Assembly: GCA_045645065.1 (NCBI GenBank)
Contig: JAZRIB010000009.1
Location: 58,464-122,463, forward strand
DNA length: 64,000 bases
Origin: Candidatus Enterousia sp.
Lineage (GTDB): Bacteria; Pseudomonadota; Alphaproteobacteria; Rs-D84
Direction: 5' to 3'
Part shown: one piece after another, positions 9,519-20,025 of the stretch
Layout: each line of letters opens with the position of its first letter
Numbering within the stretch: position 1 is the stretch's first letter
Program-made: the position numbers and the translations under genes
Notes under the pieces: model-generated
Told to the model about the DNA's origin: nothing
The model's database searches: none
Seen by the model: the letters and a program-made list of their open reading frames with translations, nothing else

Positions 9519-10241
9519 CTAATATATTTTTGAATCACGCAGGTGTTTCAAAATGCTTTTTTGTGTTCTTAGTTGACATTTTGACATATATTCCGTGTAT
9601 GCGCGTTTGTCACCGTTTGCGCGATCACAAATGGCCTGGATATATGCGTGTTTGTCTTCGCGTTTGTTGAATGCAATTGGGCGATATCCGTTTTGTAATA
9701 ATACCCAATTCATAATAAGGCGCGCTGTGCGTTTGTTAAAGTCATTAAAGGGCTGTAACATAATTAAATCATAATGTATGTTGTATGCACGTGTAAAGAC
9801 GTCTTGTTTGTTGGTATTCAAATTGTATATAATTTGGCGTAAATTATATTCTATGTCATAACTGTCGGGCGCACGATATGGAACGCCATTTACATTAATT
9901 TGTAATCTGGCGGTTGTGGTGCGAAAGCCGAACCCTTCAAGGTGTGTGTTTTTGCACAGTGTGTGATGGATATGACAAACTTCTTCGAGGGTTATCGGTT
10001 TTTTTGCGTTTTCAATTATGTAATCGTATGCAACGGCGATGTTTGCCATATTTGTGTCGTCTAAATCTTTTTGATGTCCGGGATACAGAACTTTAGGTTC
10101 TTCGACTGCAATTTGTCGGCGCAACCAATACAAATTACACGTGCGTTTTGTGGACGAAAAATTGTCAAAACTTTCATCCAATTCACTGTGTTTTTGTATA
10201 ATTTGTTGTTTTATCGTTTGTTTTGGTTTGCGTGGTGACAT
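9519..10241 (-). CDS. Fic/Doc-family protein with non-canonical motif QPFNDFNKRTAR
   Basis: HIHHTL, GFRTT, HYDLIMLQPFNDFNKRTARLIMNWVLLQNGY. Upstream TTGACA...TATATC promoter-like sequence on the minus strand. Confidence 0.88.
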   Translation of the reverse strand: MSPRKPKQTIKQQIIQKHSELDESFDNFSSTKRTCNLYWLRRQIAVEEPKVLYPGHQKDLDDTNMANIAVAYDYIIENAKKPITLEEVCHIHHTLCKNTHLEGFGFRTTTARLQINVNGVPYRAPDSYDIEYNLRQIIYNLNTNKQDVFTRAYNIHYDLIMLQPFNDFNKRTARLIMNWVLLQNGYRPIAFNKREDKHAYIQAICDRANGDKRAYTEYMSKCQLRTQKSILKHLRDSKIY

Positions 10242-10383
10242 ATTACACCTCTTTATTTGTTATATAAGATATAGCCCTTAAAAACGATTTGTCAAGTTTT
10301 TTGTTCTTTTTTATAAAATCGTGTTGAATGTAGGGGGGATTTGGGCTATGCTTTATCCTGAAAAACAGAAAAGGGTGGATTAC

Positions 10384-11802
10384 ATGTTGAAAAAACTGAT
10401 GATTTTAGCGTTTTTGGCGATTCCAGTGCTGGCGGATGCGGCACCAAAAAATAAAAAAAAGGAAGAGCCTGTTGTGCATCTGACCGATGAACAGATTTAC
10501 GAAGAATTAAAGAAATTGGCACTGGTGTTTGAAGTAGCGCGTGACAGTTTTGTCGAAGAAGCAGATGAAAAAAAGATGCTAGAAGCGGCAATGAATGGAA
10601 TGCTGGGGGCATTAGATCCACATTCTTCGTATCTGTCGGCGGATGATTTCAAGGAATTTAACGATAAATCTCAGGGGGAATTTGGTGGATTAGGTATTCA
10701 GATTACCAGTGACAGGGGGGCTGTGCGTGTAATTTCACCAATTGATGACACCCCGGCGGATAAAGCAGGAATCAAGGCGGGTGACTTTATCACGCATATT
10801 GATGGCGAACAGGTCTTTGATTTGACCTTGAATCAGGCGGTCAAGAAAATGAAAGGACGGCCAGGAACCAAGGTTAAATTAACAATAATTTCAGATGGCG
10901 AAGAAAAAACATTAACCTTGAAACGCGCAATTATTAAGGTGGAATCTGTTAAATATGCTGTAAAAACAATGGCGGATGCAGATCCAGACGACAAAGATAC
11001 ACCGAAAATTGGTTATATCAGAATTTCTGATTTTGGTGTAACAACAGCGCGTGATTTGAAAAAAGCGTTGAATGAGCTGGAAAAGAAAGATGTTGTCGGA
11101 TATGTATTGGATGTGCGTAACAATCCAGGTGGTTATTTGACTGCGGCGATTGATGTGTCTGATGCGTTCTTGGATGGGGGCGAAATTGTTTCAACGCGTG
11201 GAAAAAATAAAACAGATATTGAACGTAATTTTGCAAAACCTGGTGATTTGGCCAATGGAAAACCGGTTGTTGTGCTTATCAATCATGGATCAGCGTCGGC
11301 ATCTGAAATTGTTGCAGGGGCAATTCAGGACAATGGGCGTGGTCTGGTTATGGGGTCGCAATCGTTTGGTAAGGGCAGTGTACAGCAACAAAAACCATTG
11401 GGTGATGGCACTGCGATTCATATAACTATTGCGCGTTATTATACGCCGTCGGGTCGTTCAATTCAGAACGAAGGTATTACCCCAGATGTAGAAGTATTAC
11501 ATTCCAAGGTCGAAGTGCTGGAAAAGAAAGAAAGTGCATATTCAGAGGCGTCTTTTAAGAATTCTTTGAAAAACGACCAGGCAAAAGAGAAAGACAAAAA
11601 GAAATCGAAAGAAGATTCTGATGATGCAGATAAAGAGTTAACAGATGAAGAAAAAGACGCGTTGGATTATCAATTACAGCGCGGAATGGATATGGTTATT
11701 GCAATGTCAAAAATGCAAAAACGTCCAATGTTGCCGACGGCGGATGAGGTCACGGAACAAAAATCTGAACAAAAAAATGATTCTAAGTCGGATAAAAAAT
11801 AA
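10384..11802 (+). CDS. ctpA: C-terminal processing protease (S41, PDZ domain)
   Basis: Signal peptide; LDPHSSY, GEFGGLGI, DVRNNPGG, SASASEIVAG, SFGKGSVQ. Confidence 0.95.
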   Translation: MLKKLMILAFLAIPVLADAAPKNKKKEEPVVHLTDEQIYEELKKLALVFEVARDSFVEEADEKKMLEAAMNGMLGALDPHSSYLSADDFKEFNDKSQGEFGGLGIQITSDRGAVRVISPIDDTPADKAGIKAGDFITHIDGEQVFDLTLNQAVKKMKGRPGTKVKLTIISDGEEKTLTLKRAIIKVESVKYAVKTMADADPDDKDTPKIGYIRISDFGVTTARDLKKALNELEKKDVVGYVLDVRNNPGGYLTAAIDVSDAFLDGGEIVSTRGKNKTDIERNFAKPGDLANGKPVVVLINHGSASASEIVAGAIQDNGRGLVMGSQSFGKGSVQQQKPLGDGTAIHITIARYYTPSGRSIQNEGITPDVEVLHSKVEVLEKKESAYSEASFKNSLKNDQAKEKDKKKSKEDSDDADKELTDEEKDALDYQLQRGMDMVIAMSKMQKRPMLPTADEVTEQKSEQKNDSKSDKK

Positions 11803-11822
11803 AAATGGGATTTATCCCATTT

Positions 11823-14204
11823 TTATTTTATGACACTAAAATCCACAGATGTGCCGGTGCCTTCATCTGTTGCGATACGTACAGTGTGGTTGCCAATGGA
11901 AACGGAATAGGTTATTTGTTCCCCTGATTTAGTTGTGCCCAGTGTTTTGTTGTCCAGAAACCAAAATATTTTTGATGATGGATTTGAATGTACTGCCATA
12001 AATGCTATTGGGTGTGTGTTTTGGTCTGATGTGATAACTGTTGTCGTATCTGGGGTTGGCGATATGATTACAGGCGCATCGTTTTTTATGCTAATATTAT
12101 CAATGTCACAGTCGTGCATAAATGGGGGCGGTGTGTTGCGTTCGATGCCTGCGCGACGAAACATGTCCAGAAATTCAGAATCCCAGAATTCGTAAACAAC
12201 CATGTGTGTTGTGTCTGGATTATTTGTGCATGCGCGAAGACCTGATTTGTTGTCAATAGCGATAGATTGATATACAGGGGATGTATCAATTGGGGAAACC
12301 CCGGGAATAAAATAAGCAGGAACAGATTTGGGACAATATGGGCCTGAAATTCCGCCAACTTTATCGCACATATCAATTGTTGCAATATTCAAATTGTCGT
12401 GCATAAAATTATTGTTTTCTGGTGCTTTGCCATGTGATTTATCGTATTCAATAACTGTGTCTGATAATGCAAAATATATCGGGGCCGCAGCGCGGGCACC
12501 ACTGAATGCGTTATTAGGTTTGCCATCAAAATTACCAACCCATACGATTAAAACATAGTCGCCAAATATGCCCGCAGTCCATGCGTCGCGATATGATGAT
12601 GATGTGCCTGTTTTCCAATAATGCAGAATATGGTTGTTGTTATTGTTTTTTGTGTATGGAATATGCTGGGGTTGTGGTTTTGGATGTGCCAACATATCCA
12701 GTGTTATAAAAAATGCTTCGGGGGATAAAATGTGCGCGATTGTTTTTTTTGGTGTGTCTATTCGTGTGCGAATGTTGTGGCGTGCGCCCAGATTAGCCAT
12801 TGTTGCGTATATGTCTGATAATTCTAACATTGAAATTTCGGCACCGCCCAGGGCAATAGATATGCCATAATGTGATGGGGATTTCAGGTTTGATACACCT
12901 GATTCAGTCAATAATTTATAAAAATTTGTTGCGCCAATTTTCTGAACCAGATTGATTGCAGGTATGTTGCGCGAATGTGTTAATGCGTCACGTGCCAAGA
13001 CGGGACCATAAAATTTGCTGTCAGAATTTTCGGGGGCGTATACACCAAAATTTATTGGTGCGTCTTTGAGCAGGGTCATAGAATGTATATGGCCTGTGTG
13101 CGCAGCGGCGGCGTAAATAAGTGGTTTTAATGTTGAACCAGGACTGCGTCGCGCATGAACGCCATCGTTTTGTCCGTATATAGATTGGTCAAAATAATTA
13201 ACTGAACCAATGTGCGCAAGAACGTCCATTGTTTTATAGTTTACCAGTATAGCGGCAGCGTTTTTGATGCCGATTGTACGACGCGATTCAATTTGTGTCT
13301 TTAGTGTTCGTTCCAATTTGCGTTGTAATTCGATATCAATTGTGGTTTTTATATGCGATGGTGATTGCCAATCAGAATTGTCGCGGGCAATTTCATGATT
13401 GATAAAATGCGGTGCGTCAAATGGTAAATCTGGTATGCCATAAACAATTAAGGGCATCTGGGCCAGTGCTAACAATGTGTCGTCGTTACCGTATTTTTGT
13501 ATCCAACGATTAACCAAGTTTTGGCGCATCGTTTGCATTGTTTTTAATCCGTCACGGGTGTTCAGACCACGTTTGCGCGGGTTTTGTGGGATGGTTGATA
13601 ATGTAATAGATTCTATGTTGGATATATCTGATGGTTTGTGGTGAAAATATATCAATGATGCGGCGGTTATGCCTTCTATGTTGCCGCCATATGGTGCAAG
13701 ATTCAGATAAGCTTCGATAATTTCTGATTTTGAATAGAATAAATCTATGTAAATTGCTGTGGCGATTTGTTCCAGTTTTCCTTTTATAGTCTTGGTGTTG
13801 ATGTTGTTTTTTAGGCGTGCAACCTGCATTGTTATTGTTGATGCCCCAGCGGTATCTGAATTGCCATGTATATAATTTTTGGTGGCGCGTATTAACGGTA
13901 TCGGGTTAATGCCTGGGTGATAATAAAAATATTTGTCTTCGTATAAAATAGTGGCACGAATGACGTCTGGATTAATTTCATCCAATGGTGAAAAAACGCG
14001 ATATTTATCATCACTGGTCAGGGTCAGGCGCATTAATTTGCCATTCCTGTCGTAATATGCGCGTGAAAAATCTGTGTCTGATAGCAATGGTGGGGTAAAA
14101 AATAATTTGATAACCATATACAACACAAACAAAATACCAACAAAAATACACAGTTTTTTATGCCGGCGATAAAAAAAAGTAATGTGTGTAAAAATTTTAT
14201 TCAT
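11823..14204 (-). CDS. pbpC: Penicillin-binding protein 1C
   Basis: Transglycosylase motifs EDKYFYYHPG and GASTITMQVARL; transpeptidase motifs STLK, SRN, KTG; overlaps the alpha-2-macroglobulin gene. Confidence 0.95.
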   Translation of the reverse strand: MNKIFTHITFFYRRHKKLCIFVGILFVLYMVIKLFFTPPLLSDTDFSRAYYDRNGKLMRLTLTSDDKYRVFSPLDEINPDVIRATILYEDKYFYYHPGINPIPLIRATKNYIHGNSDTAGASTITMQVARLKNNINTKTIKGKLEQIATAIYIDLFYSKSEIIEAYLNLAPYGGNIEGITAASLIYFHHKPSDISNIESITLSTIPQNPRKRGLNTRDGLKTMQTMRQNLVNRWIQKYGNDDTLLALAQMPLIVYGIPDLPFDAPHFINHEIARDNSDWQSPSHIKTTIDIELQRKLERTLKTQIESRRTIGIKNAAAILVNYKTMDVLAHIGSVNYFDQSIYGQNDGVHARRSPGSTLKPLIYAAAAHTGHIHSMTLLKDAPINFGVYAPENSDSKFYGPVLARDALTHSRNIPAINLVQKIGATNFYKLLTESGVSNLKSPSHYGISIALGGAEISMLELSDIYATMANLGARHNIRTRIDTPKKTIAHILSPEAFFITLDMLAHPKPQPQHIPYTKNNNNNHILHYWKTGTSSSYRDAWTAGIFGDYVLIVWVGNFDGKPNNAFSGARAAAPIYFALSDTVIEYDKSHGKAPENNNFMHDNLNIATIDMCDKVGGISGPYCPKSVPAYFIPGVSPIDTSPVYQSIAIDNKSGLRACTNNPDTTHMVVYEFWDSEFLDMFRRAGIERNTPPPFMHDCDIDNISIKNDAPVIISPTPDTTTVITSDQNTHPIAFMAVHSNPSSKIFWFLDNKTLGTTKSGEQITYSVSIGNHTVRIATDEGTGTSVDFSVIK

Positions 14205-17200
14205 TGTTTGCGTTAATTACGTGAAATACAGGAGATGACGGAATGGCTGTGCCAGATACAGATGGGTTATACAGGGACATTGCGCGTATTGGTGCAATGG
14301 CAAATGTGCCACCTGCGGTTATTTGGGCGTGGTATGTGAATACGGATTCTTGTCGACTAAGGTTTGTATAGATTACAACGCGGTCTTCGCGTATTTCAGA
14401 AAATGTTGCGGGGCCTGAAATTTCTTCGGCAACAAAGCCCCCAGGTAACAAATCTACAATTGCAACGTTGGGTAAATGATTCGTTGCGCGTGCGGTTATT
14501 TTTATGGTTACAATATCGCCCAGATTGGCATGTGTTATATTGTTACCATTCGAGTCCATATATTCACGAATAATTTCAATTCCGTTTGATGTATCATCTG
14601 TTTCACGGGTGAATCCAGATTGTGAAATCGCGTAATACAGCGTTGTGTCTTTGCATGTTTTGCATTGAATATTTAATTTGTTTATATGTTGTGGAATCGT
14701 CGCAGTCAAAATATCAGCCGTGTTTGTTAATTCCAGTTTTTCATCATCAGACACAACATTTATGTCGTTTGTGTTTATATAAGATGTTTGCGCCCCAGCC
14801 AATGCCATAATTATTCGTGCAGATGTGTATGCGTCATAATTCCCAGAATTAATATATCCTTTGATTGCATTGCCAAGATTATTTAATGGTTTGTTGAACA
14901 GACGATTCGCAATATGCATATACATAGCATCGTTTGCAACGTTGTTTTCAAACATTGTTTCATATTTGAATTTTGCAGATTTTGATGGTCTGAATTGGTC
15001 GATTAGTTTTTGGGCTTTGTCGTGTTGTTTCATCATATCAAATGATGCAGCGATATACGCGCCAGATATACCACGTTCCCAACCGCGCATATTTTCATTT
15101 GCGTATTCTTGGAATTTATCTATGTATCCAGTGGATACGTATCCATTTGATGTGATGACATAAATAGCATATGCCAATGCGCGTGCAGATTCTTCGTCTG
15201 TGATGGTATTTGTGGCGTATTCGCGCAAGAAATCCAGCGCACGTCCCAACATAGTATCAGGTACGCTGAATCCATTTTCTTTGGCTAATGTCATAAAGTT
15301 TACTACATATGCTGTCAAATTAACAGTGTCTGGGGCGGATTGTGTGTCATGGGCATTGGTGCCACCCCATAATGTAAATGAACCGTTGTCGTTTTGGCGA
15401 TTGCGTAGAGTGTTTATTGTGTCACTGATTTTCTTGGCAGATGTATCGTAATTTGTGCCAATGATTGTATTGTGTGGCATTAAAACATACGGTATCGTGC
15501 GTGATACAATTTGTTCAGTGCATGGAAAATTATAATTATTCAGGTATTCAAATAGTGGTCGTGTCAAGATTGTCGGACTGGACGCGATGTATAATTTTTT
15601 ATCTGATTGTTGTGGGTACATATCAATGTGAAAATCAGAAATTTTGATTTCACGCTTGTTAATTTGACCTGTTTTTATAGCGTTAACATATGGTGTTATT
15701 GGGCGTACAGATAATGTTGTGTTTATTGTACGATTAAGCAATGGCAAACCGTTTTCATTTACAGCCATTGCGTTTATTGTTATTTCAGCGGGCGCAGGCG
15801 TGTTATCTGCACGAACGTTGAATATAAACAGTTGTTGGGCGTCATTTGCGATTTGTTGAGTATTTGTTCCAGATGATGTCAGTGTCAGATTGTTTGATAC
15901 AATTGCATCAGCCTGAACATTGGCAACATCACCCAGATTAGTCAGATTTGTTATAACCGCGTTGACATCAAATGTGTCATTTGGTGCAACGAATGTCGGG
16001 GCTGTTGCAGATATTACCAGTGGACTTTGTACGGTTGTTTCAATATCGTGTGCGCCAATGGCGGAATCGTTTGCCGCAATAGCAAAGATATTCAATGCCC
16101 CGTTAAAGGTGTCTGGGATATCAAATGTTATTTGCCCAGGGGTGTTGGCGGTTATATCTAGGATACCTGAATAAAACGCAACGGGTTTTGCCACGCGACG
16201 TGCAAAAGGGTTTATTAATGCTGTGGATAATTCTGAATCTGTGGCATCGTAATCGCCACCACCTGTTTTCGCAAATTCACGCAGTATTTTATATTCTGGT
16301 AATATCAATGATAGTATTTGGAATGTTTCTACGTTTAATGCGTATTTTTGGAAAAAGTATTTAATTGGATTAGGAATTTTATGGCGTGCCACCTGGATTA
16401 TCCCAGTATCAATAGCAAATAACATAATCCGGCCTGATTTGTTTGTTTCATAATCAATTGTTAATTTGTTATCGCGAACGATTTTTGGGGCAGATAATTT
16501 TATGTCGATTGTACGATTGGATATATCTGTGCTGAACGGTGCAACAGCATATGTGTATGGCGATGTAAATATATCGCGAGATTTTATATCGCGCACAAAA
16601 GATACGTTAATATATCCGTTTCCTTCGAATTCAGATGGAATTGTTATTTTATGTGTTGACGATGTTGTCTGTGCAACAAACCATTTAGACGCATAAACTT
16701 TGTCGCGTTCAATCGTAATCAGTCCAGAACCATTATATGGGGCGGTGATGTTAATGGATATTTCATCGCCTGGTTTATAGGTGTCAGAATCCAGTTTGAT
16801 TGATAAATCGGCGTTTGTGTCTGTGGTTAAGGATGTGTTTTCATCGCCTGCGACAAAATATTCAATGTTTGCCAATATGCGTTCATTACTGTCCTGGATT
16901 TGCAAGAAATATGTTCCCGTTGTATGTGTGTCCAGCGTCATATTCAGACCGTTTTTACCAATAGTGATATCTGTTTCTGATATCACGTTATCACGCGTGG
17001 TTGTTTGATATTTATAGAAATTATTATAGTCTTTGACCAGGCTGGTTAATGTATCCCGACGTATCAGGCGTGCAGTTAAATCATTTGCAATAATAGGGTT
17101 TGCAGTATGATCCAGTGCAATCAGGTTCACACTGCGTTTGGCGTTGCGATTTATGTATTTCAAATCAGAATTTGCATAATATCCAACCATATATTTTGCA

Positions 17201-19923
17201 GCAGATGTACGGGTTGTTAATGTCGTGGTGGTCGCACGCCCAGAATTTTGTTCAAAACCGCTAATATTTAATGTCAATAAATATGTGCCGTATACGATGT
17301 TGTCGGGGAATTTTAAGTCTATGGTTGATGTGCCATTGTTATCGGTGTATATATCATCAATATCAAATGTATATGTTTTTGTGTTAATTGGACTGGTGCT
17401 GGAAACAGAATCGCCATAAATATTATTTATATCAAATGTGTATTGTGAAAAATCATCAAATTTGAACTGAATTGGGCGTAACGTAGCATGTGCGCCAATG
17501 CGGTTGTGTTTTGCCACAGTGCCAAACAGATTACGTAAATTTATGGTTGCAGATATCGCGTCTGTTGAAATCCAACCTTCATCGGATGCGCCGGTAATAT
17601 TTGCAGATATTTTTAATGTGTCGGGAACAAATTCTGCGACCTGGAATGAAGAAGAACCCAACATGTCTTGTGGTTTTGCACGTACGTTTAATGAATATAT
17701 ACGGATGCTGTATTCGCCAATCGGGGCGGTGGTCGCAATTGGTGTTGTTAAATCCAGTAAACCGTCTGATTGCAAAGATATGTTCTTTTCCAGTATTGTG
17801 CGACCACGTGCATCAGATATTTCAATGCGTACAGGAACCCCAGACAATGATTTGAACGAATTGTTTTTGATTATTGCGCCAATTGTAACCGATTCGCCTG
17901 GGCGATAAATGCCACGATCTGTGAATACATATGCGCTTAATGGGGTGTCTGAATATGTGTATGCGCCATCAACGTCAAATTTTGAATAATCAACACGTTG
18001 GGCATATGCTGCGTTGTATGGTATAAACGAAATATCATTATCAGAACGTGCAACAATTGCCACAGGTTCGCGTGCGTTTCTGTATTCGTTCCATGGCAAA
18101 GCAGGTATGTTGACTTGACCGTTTGTGTCTGTGCGGCCAGACCAAATTGCGTTGCCGTTGCGTCCCAATACATCTATTTCAATATCGCTTGCAGGTGTGC
18201 CAGTATCCAAATTCGATACAAATATCACAGATGTGCCATCTTGATTTAATTTCCGTATCAATCCCAGGTTAGTTACCAATATTAGGCGGCGGTCACTAAA
18301 ATTAGCTTCGTTTTCAGACGCGCCAACCTGGATAATAAATATACCCGTTTTATCATTTGCAACGCGATCCATATAATCGCCCAAATCTAATGATGCATAG
18401 TTTGTTTCTATGGCGTTTTTGACGTTCAATGGGATACGTTTTTGAAATACAACCGACATATCGTATGTTCCAAATGACCATGATTTGAATTCTAGGTCGG
18501 ATGCAAAAACATTGTATGTTTGAGAAATCAAGTGATTGATTTCAGATGATTTTATTTTTGATAAATTTACATGTGCGGTGTGTACGCCACCACGGGTGAT
18601 AATCCCCAGTTTTTTATCGCCCCCCAGATTCAATATTGCGCCAGAACCCGCTATTTTAACGGTTTGTTCGGGGTATGCCACGGCCATAACGGTTTGAATG
18701 CCGTTTTTCATTATAAAACCACCGTTGGATTTAGCACGTGGTTTAATGTCCAGATATATGTATCGTGGGCCTGCGTCTGGGACATTGTATGCGAATGCAT
18801 ACTGATAAACGCCAGTTGGATTAGCAAATTTTGTTGCCTTTAATTTTATTTTTTTCGCGGATTTCAATACATCAGGCGTTATTTCATCATCAGACCATAT
18901 ATAATTAGATTCTGTGTTTTCATTGTCGCGGTATTGCGGTAACAAATATGCGGTGGCGTATTTGCTTAAATCGCTTTCTGATGGGGCGCTGGTGCGAACA
19001 AGAATTAATTGTTTTGTGTTGTTTTCTGTGTCATTTGCAACAATTGATTCCACCCCAGAGATACGAAACAGGTTGTCTTGGGCGTCTATGGTGGTGTTCG
19101 CAGTAATCTTTTTAGTAGATGTGTCACCATTTAACGCAGGAATACGATTGATTTTTAAGCGTATGTTTTGGGGCGCGTCGGTAACAGAAATCGGTTCAGA
19201 TATAATAAAAGCAGTGCGATTAAATCTGTCAAATTTGATTGAAAAGTTCAGTTTTTTTCCGTCTTTTTTCAATAAAACTTTATTTGCAAAGTGATCAGTA
19301 TTAATTGGATAGTTGTACGATACAATAGCCACAGCAATCATTGACTGCGGATTAGATTTGTTGTGATACGTATTAAAACTGTCGATGTGGGCGACTATTT
19401 CAGGGGTTGTTATTGCGGTTGAATATGTATCAGGCTGGACATCACTGTCAAACAGTTTTTTTGATATACGAACGTTGAAACGTGTATCCGCAGGCCATGG
19501 GGCGTCGGGGGTAAATTTAATTGTGTTTGGCCCAGATAATTCATAGTTTCCGCGAATCAATGGGCTGATTTTTATATATTTATGTAAATCGTTTTTGTTT
19601 ATCCCCATCGCAAATGTTGGTGCATATGGCCCAGATTCCCATTGGTATGACAGTACAAGTGGTGATATTTTTGTGTGCGTACGGTTGTTGTTTGGTTCTG
19701 GAATTCCACTGTCAGATGTGAATATTGCATTGTTTGTATCTTGGAACGTTTGTTCAGATGGCACAGTGGTATTCAGTTTAACATGTGTGGTTTCTGAATT
19801 TTTAATGTTTGCAAAATATATCCACGCGCCAAACCCAATTACAATTCCCAGCGCAATTAAGCCACGCCAAAAATAGCGATGAAACCATGTGTTGGTTTGT
19901 TTGTTTTTTTGTTTGCGCGACAT
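14197..19923 (-). CDS. Bacterial alpha-2-macroglobulin
   Basis: 1908 aa; FTDRGIYRPGE, thioester motif CTEQ, QNDNGSF.LW, VDLLPGGF, REDRV; paired with pbpC. Confidence 0.95.
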   Translation of the reverse strand: MSRKQKNKQTNTWFHRYFWRGLIALGIVIGFGAWIYFANIKNSETTHVKLNTTVPSEQTFQDTNNAIFTSDSGIPEPNNNRTHTKISPLVLSYQWESGPYAPTFAMGINKNDLHKYIKISPLIRGNYELSGPNTIKFTPDAPWPADTRFNVRISKKLFDSDVQPDTYSTAITTPEIVAHIDSFNTYHNKSNPQSMIAVAIVSYNYPINTDHFANKVLLKKDGKKLNFSIKFDRFNRTAFIISEPISVTDAPQNIRLKINRIPALNGDTSTKKITANTTIDAQDNLFRISGVESIVANDTENNTKQLILVRTSAPSESDLSKYATAYLLPQYRDNENTESNYIWSDDEITPDVLKSAKKIKLKATKFANPTGVYQYAFAYNVPDAGPRYIYLDIKPRAKSNGGFIMKNGIQTVMAVAYPEQTVKIAGSGAILNLGGDKKLGIITRGGVHTAHVNLSKIKSSEINHLISQTYNVFASDLEFKSWSFGTYDMSVVFQKRIPLNVKNAIETNYASLDLGDYMDRVANDKTGIFIIQVGASENEANFSDRRLILVTNLGLIRKLNQDGTSVIFVSNLDTGTPASDIEIDVLGRNGNAIWSGRTDTNGQVNIPALPWNEYRNAREPVAIVARSDNDISFIPYNAAYAQRVDYSKFDVDGAYTYSDTPLSAYVFTDRGIYRPGESVTIGAIIKNNSFKSLSGVPVRIEISDARGRTILEKNISLQSDGLLDLTTPIATTAPIGEYSIRIYSLNVRAKPQDMLGSSSFQVAEFVPDTLKISANITGASDEGWISTDAISATINLRNLFGTVAKHNRIGAHATLRPIQFKFDDFSQYTFDINNIYGDSVSSTSPINTKTYTFDIDDIYTDNNGTSTIDLKFPDNIVYGTYLLTLNISGFEQNSGRATTTTLTTRTSAAKYMVGYYANSDLKYINRNAKRSVNLIALDHTANPIIANDLTARLIRRDTLTSLVKDYNNFYKYQTTTRDNVISETDITIGKNGLNMTLDTHTTGTYFLQIQDSNERILANIEYFVAGDENTSLTTDTNADLSIKLDSDTYKPGDEISINITAPYNGSGLITIERDKVYASKWFVAQTTSSTHKITIPSEFEGNGYINVSFVRDIKSRDIFTSPYTYAVAPFSTDISNRTIDIKLSAPKIVRDNKLTIDYETNKSGRIMLFAIDTGIIQVARHKIPNPIKYFFQKYALNVETFQILSLILPEYKILREFAKTGGGDYDATDSELSTALINPFARRVAKPVAFYSGILDITANTPGQITFDIPDTFNGALNIFAIAANDSAIGAHDIETTVQSPLVISATAPTFVAPNDTFDVNAVITNLTNLGDVANVQADAIVSNNLTLTSSGTNTQQIANDAQQLFIFNVRADNTPAPAEITINAMAVNENGLPLLNRTINTTLSVRPITPYVNAIKTGQINKREIKISDFHIDMYPQQSDKKLYIASSPTILTRPLFEYLNNYNFPCTEQIVSRTIPYVLMPHNTIIGTNYDTSAKKISDTINTLRNRQNDNGSFTLWGGTNAHDTQSAPDTVNLTAYVVNFMTLAKENGFSVPDTMLGRALDFLREYATNTITDEESARALAYAIYVITSNGYVSTGYIDKFQEYANENMRGWERGISGAYIAASFDMMKQHDKAQKLIDQFRPSKSAKFKYETMFENNVANDAMYMHIANRLFNKPLNNLGNAIKGYINSGNYDAYTSARIIMALAGAQTSYINTNDINVVSDDEKLELTNTADILTATIPQHINKLNIQCKTCKDTTLYYAISQSGFTRETDDTSNGIEIIREYMDSNGNNITHANLGDIVTIKITARATNHLPNVAIVDLLPGGFVAEEISGPATFSEIREDRVVIYTNLSRQESVFTYHAQITAGGTFAIAPIRAMSLYNPSVSGTAIPSSPVFHVINANNE

Positions 19924-20025
19924 TTAAATCCCTTCCGATTACATATGTATATTTATATGTTAAAGGGATATTTTGAAAAGACAAGTTTTTTTATGTGATT
20001 TTTGTTGTTGACAAATGTAAAAACA

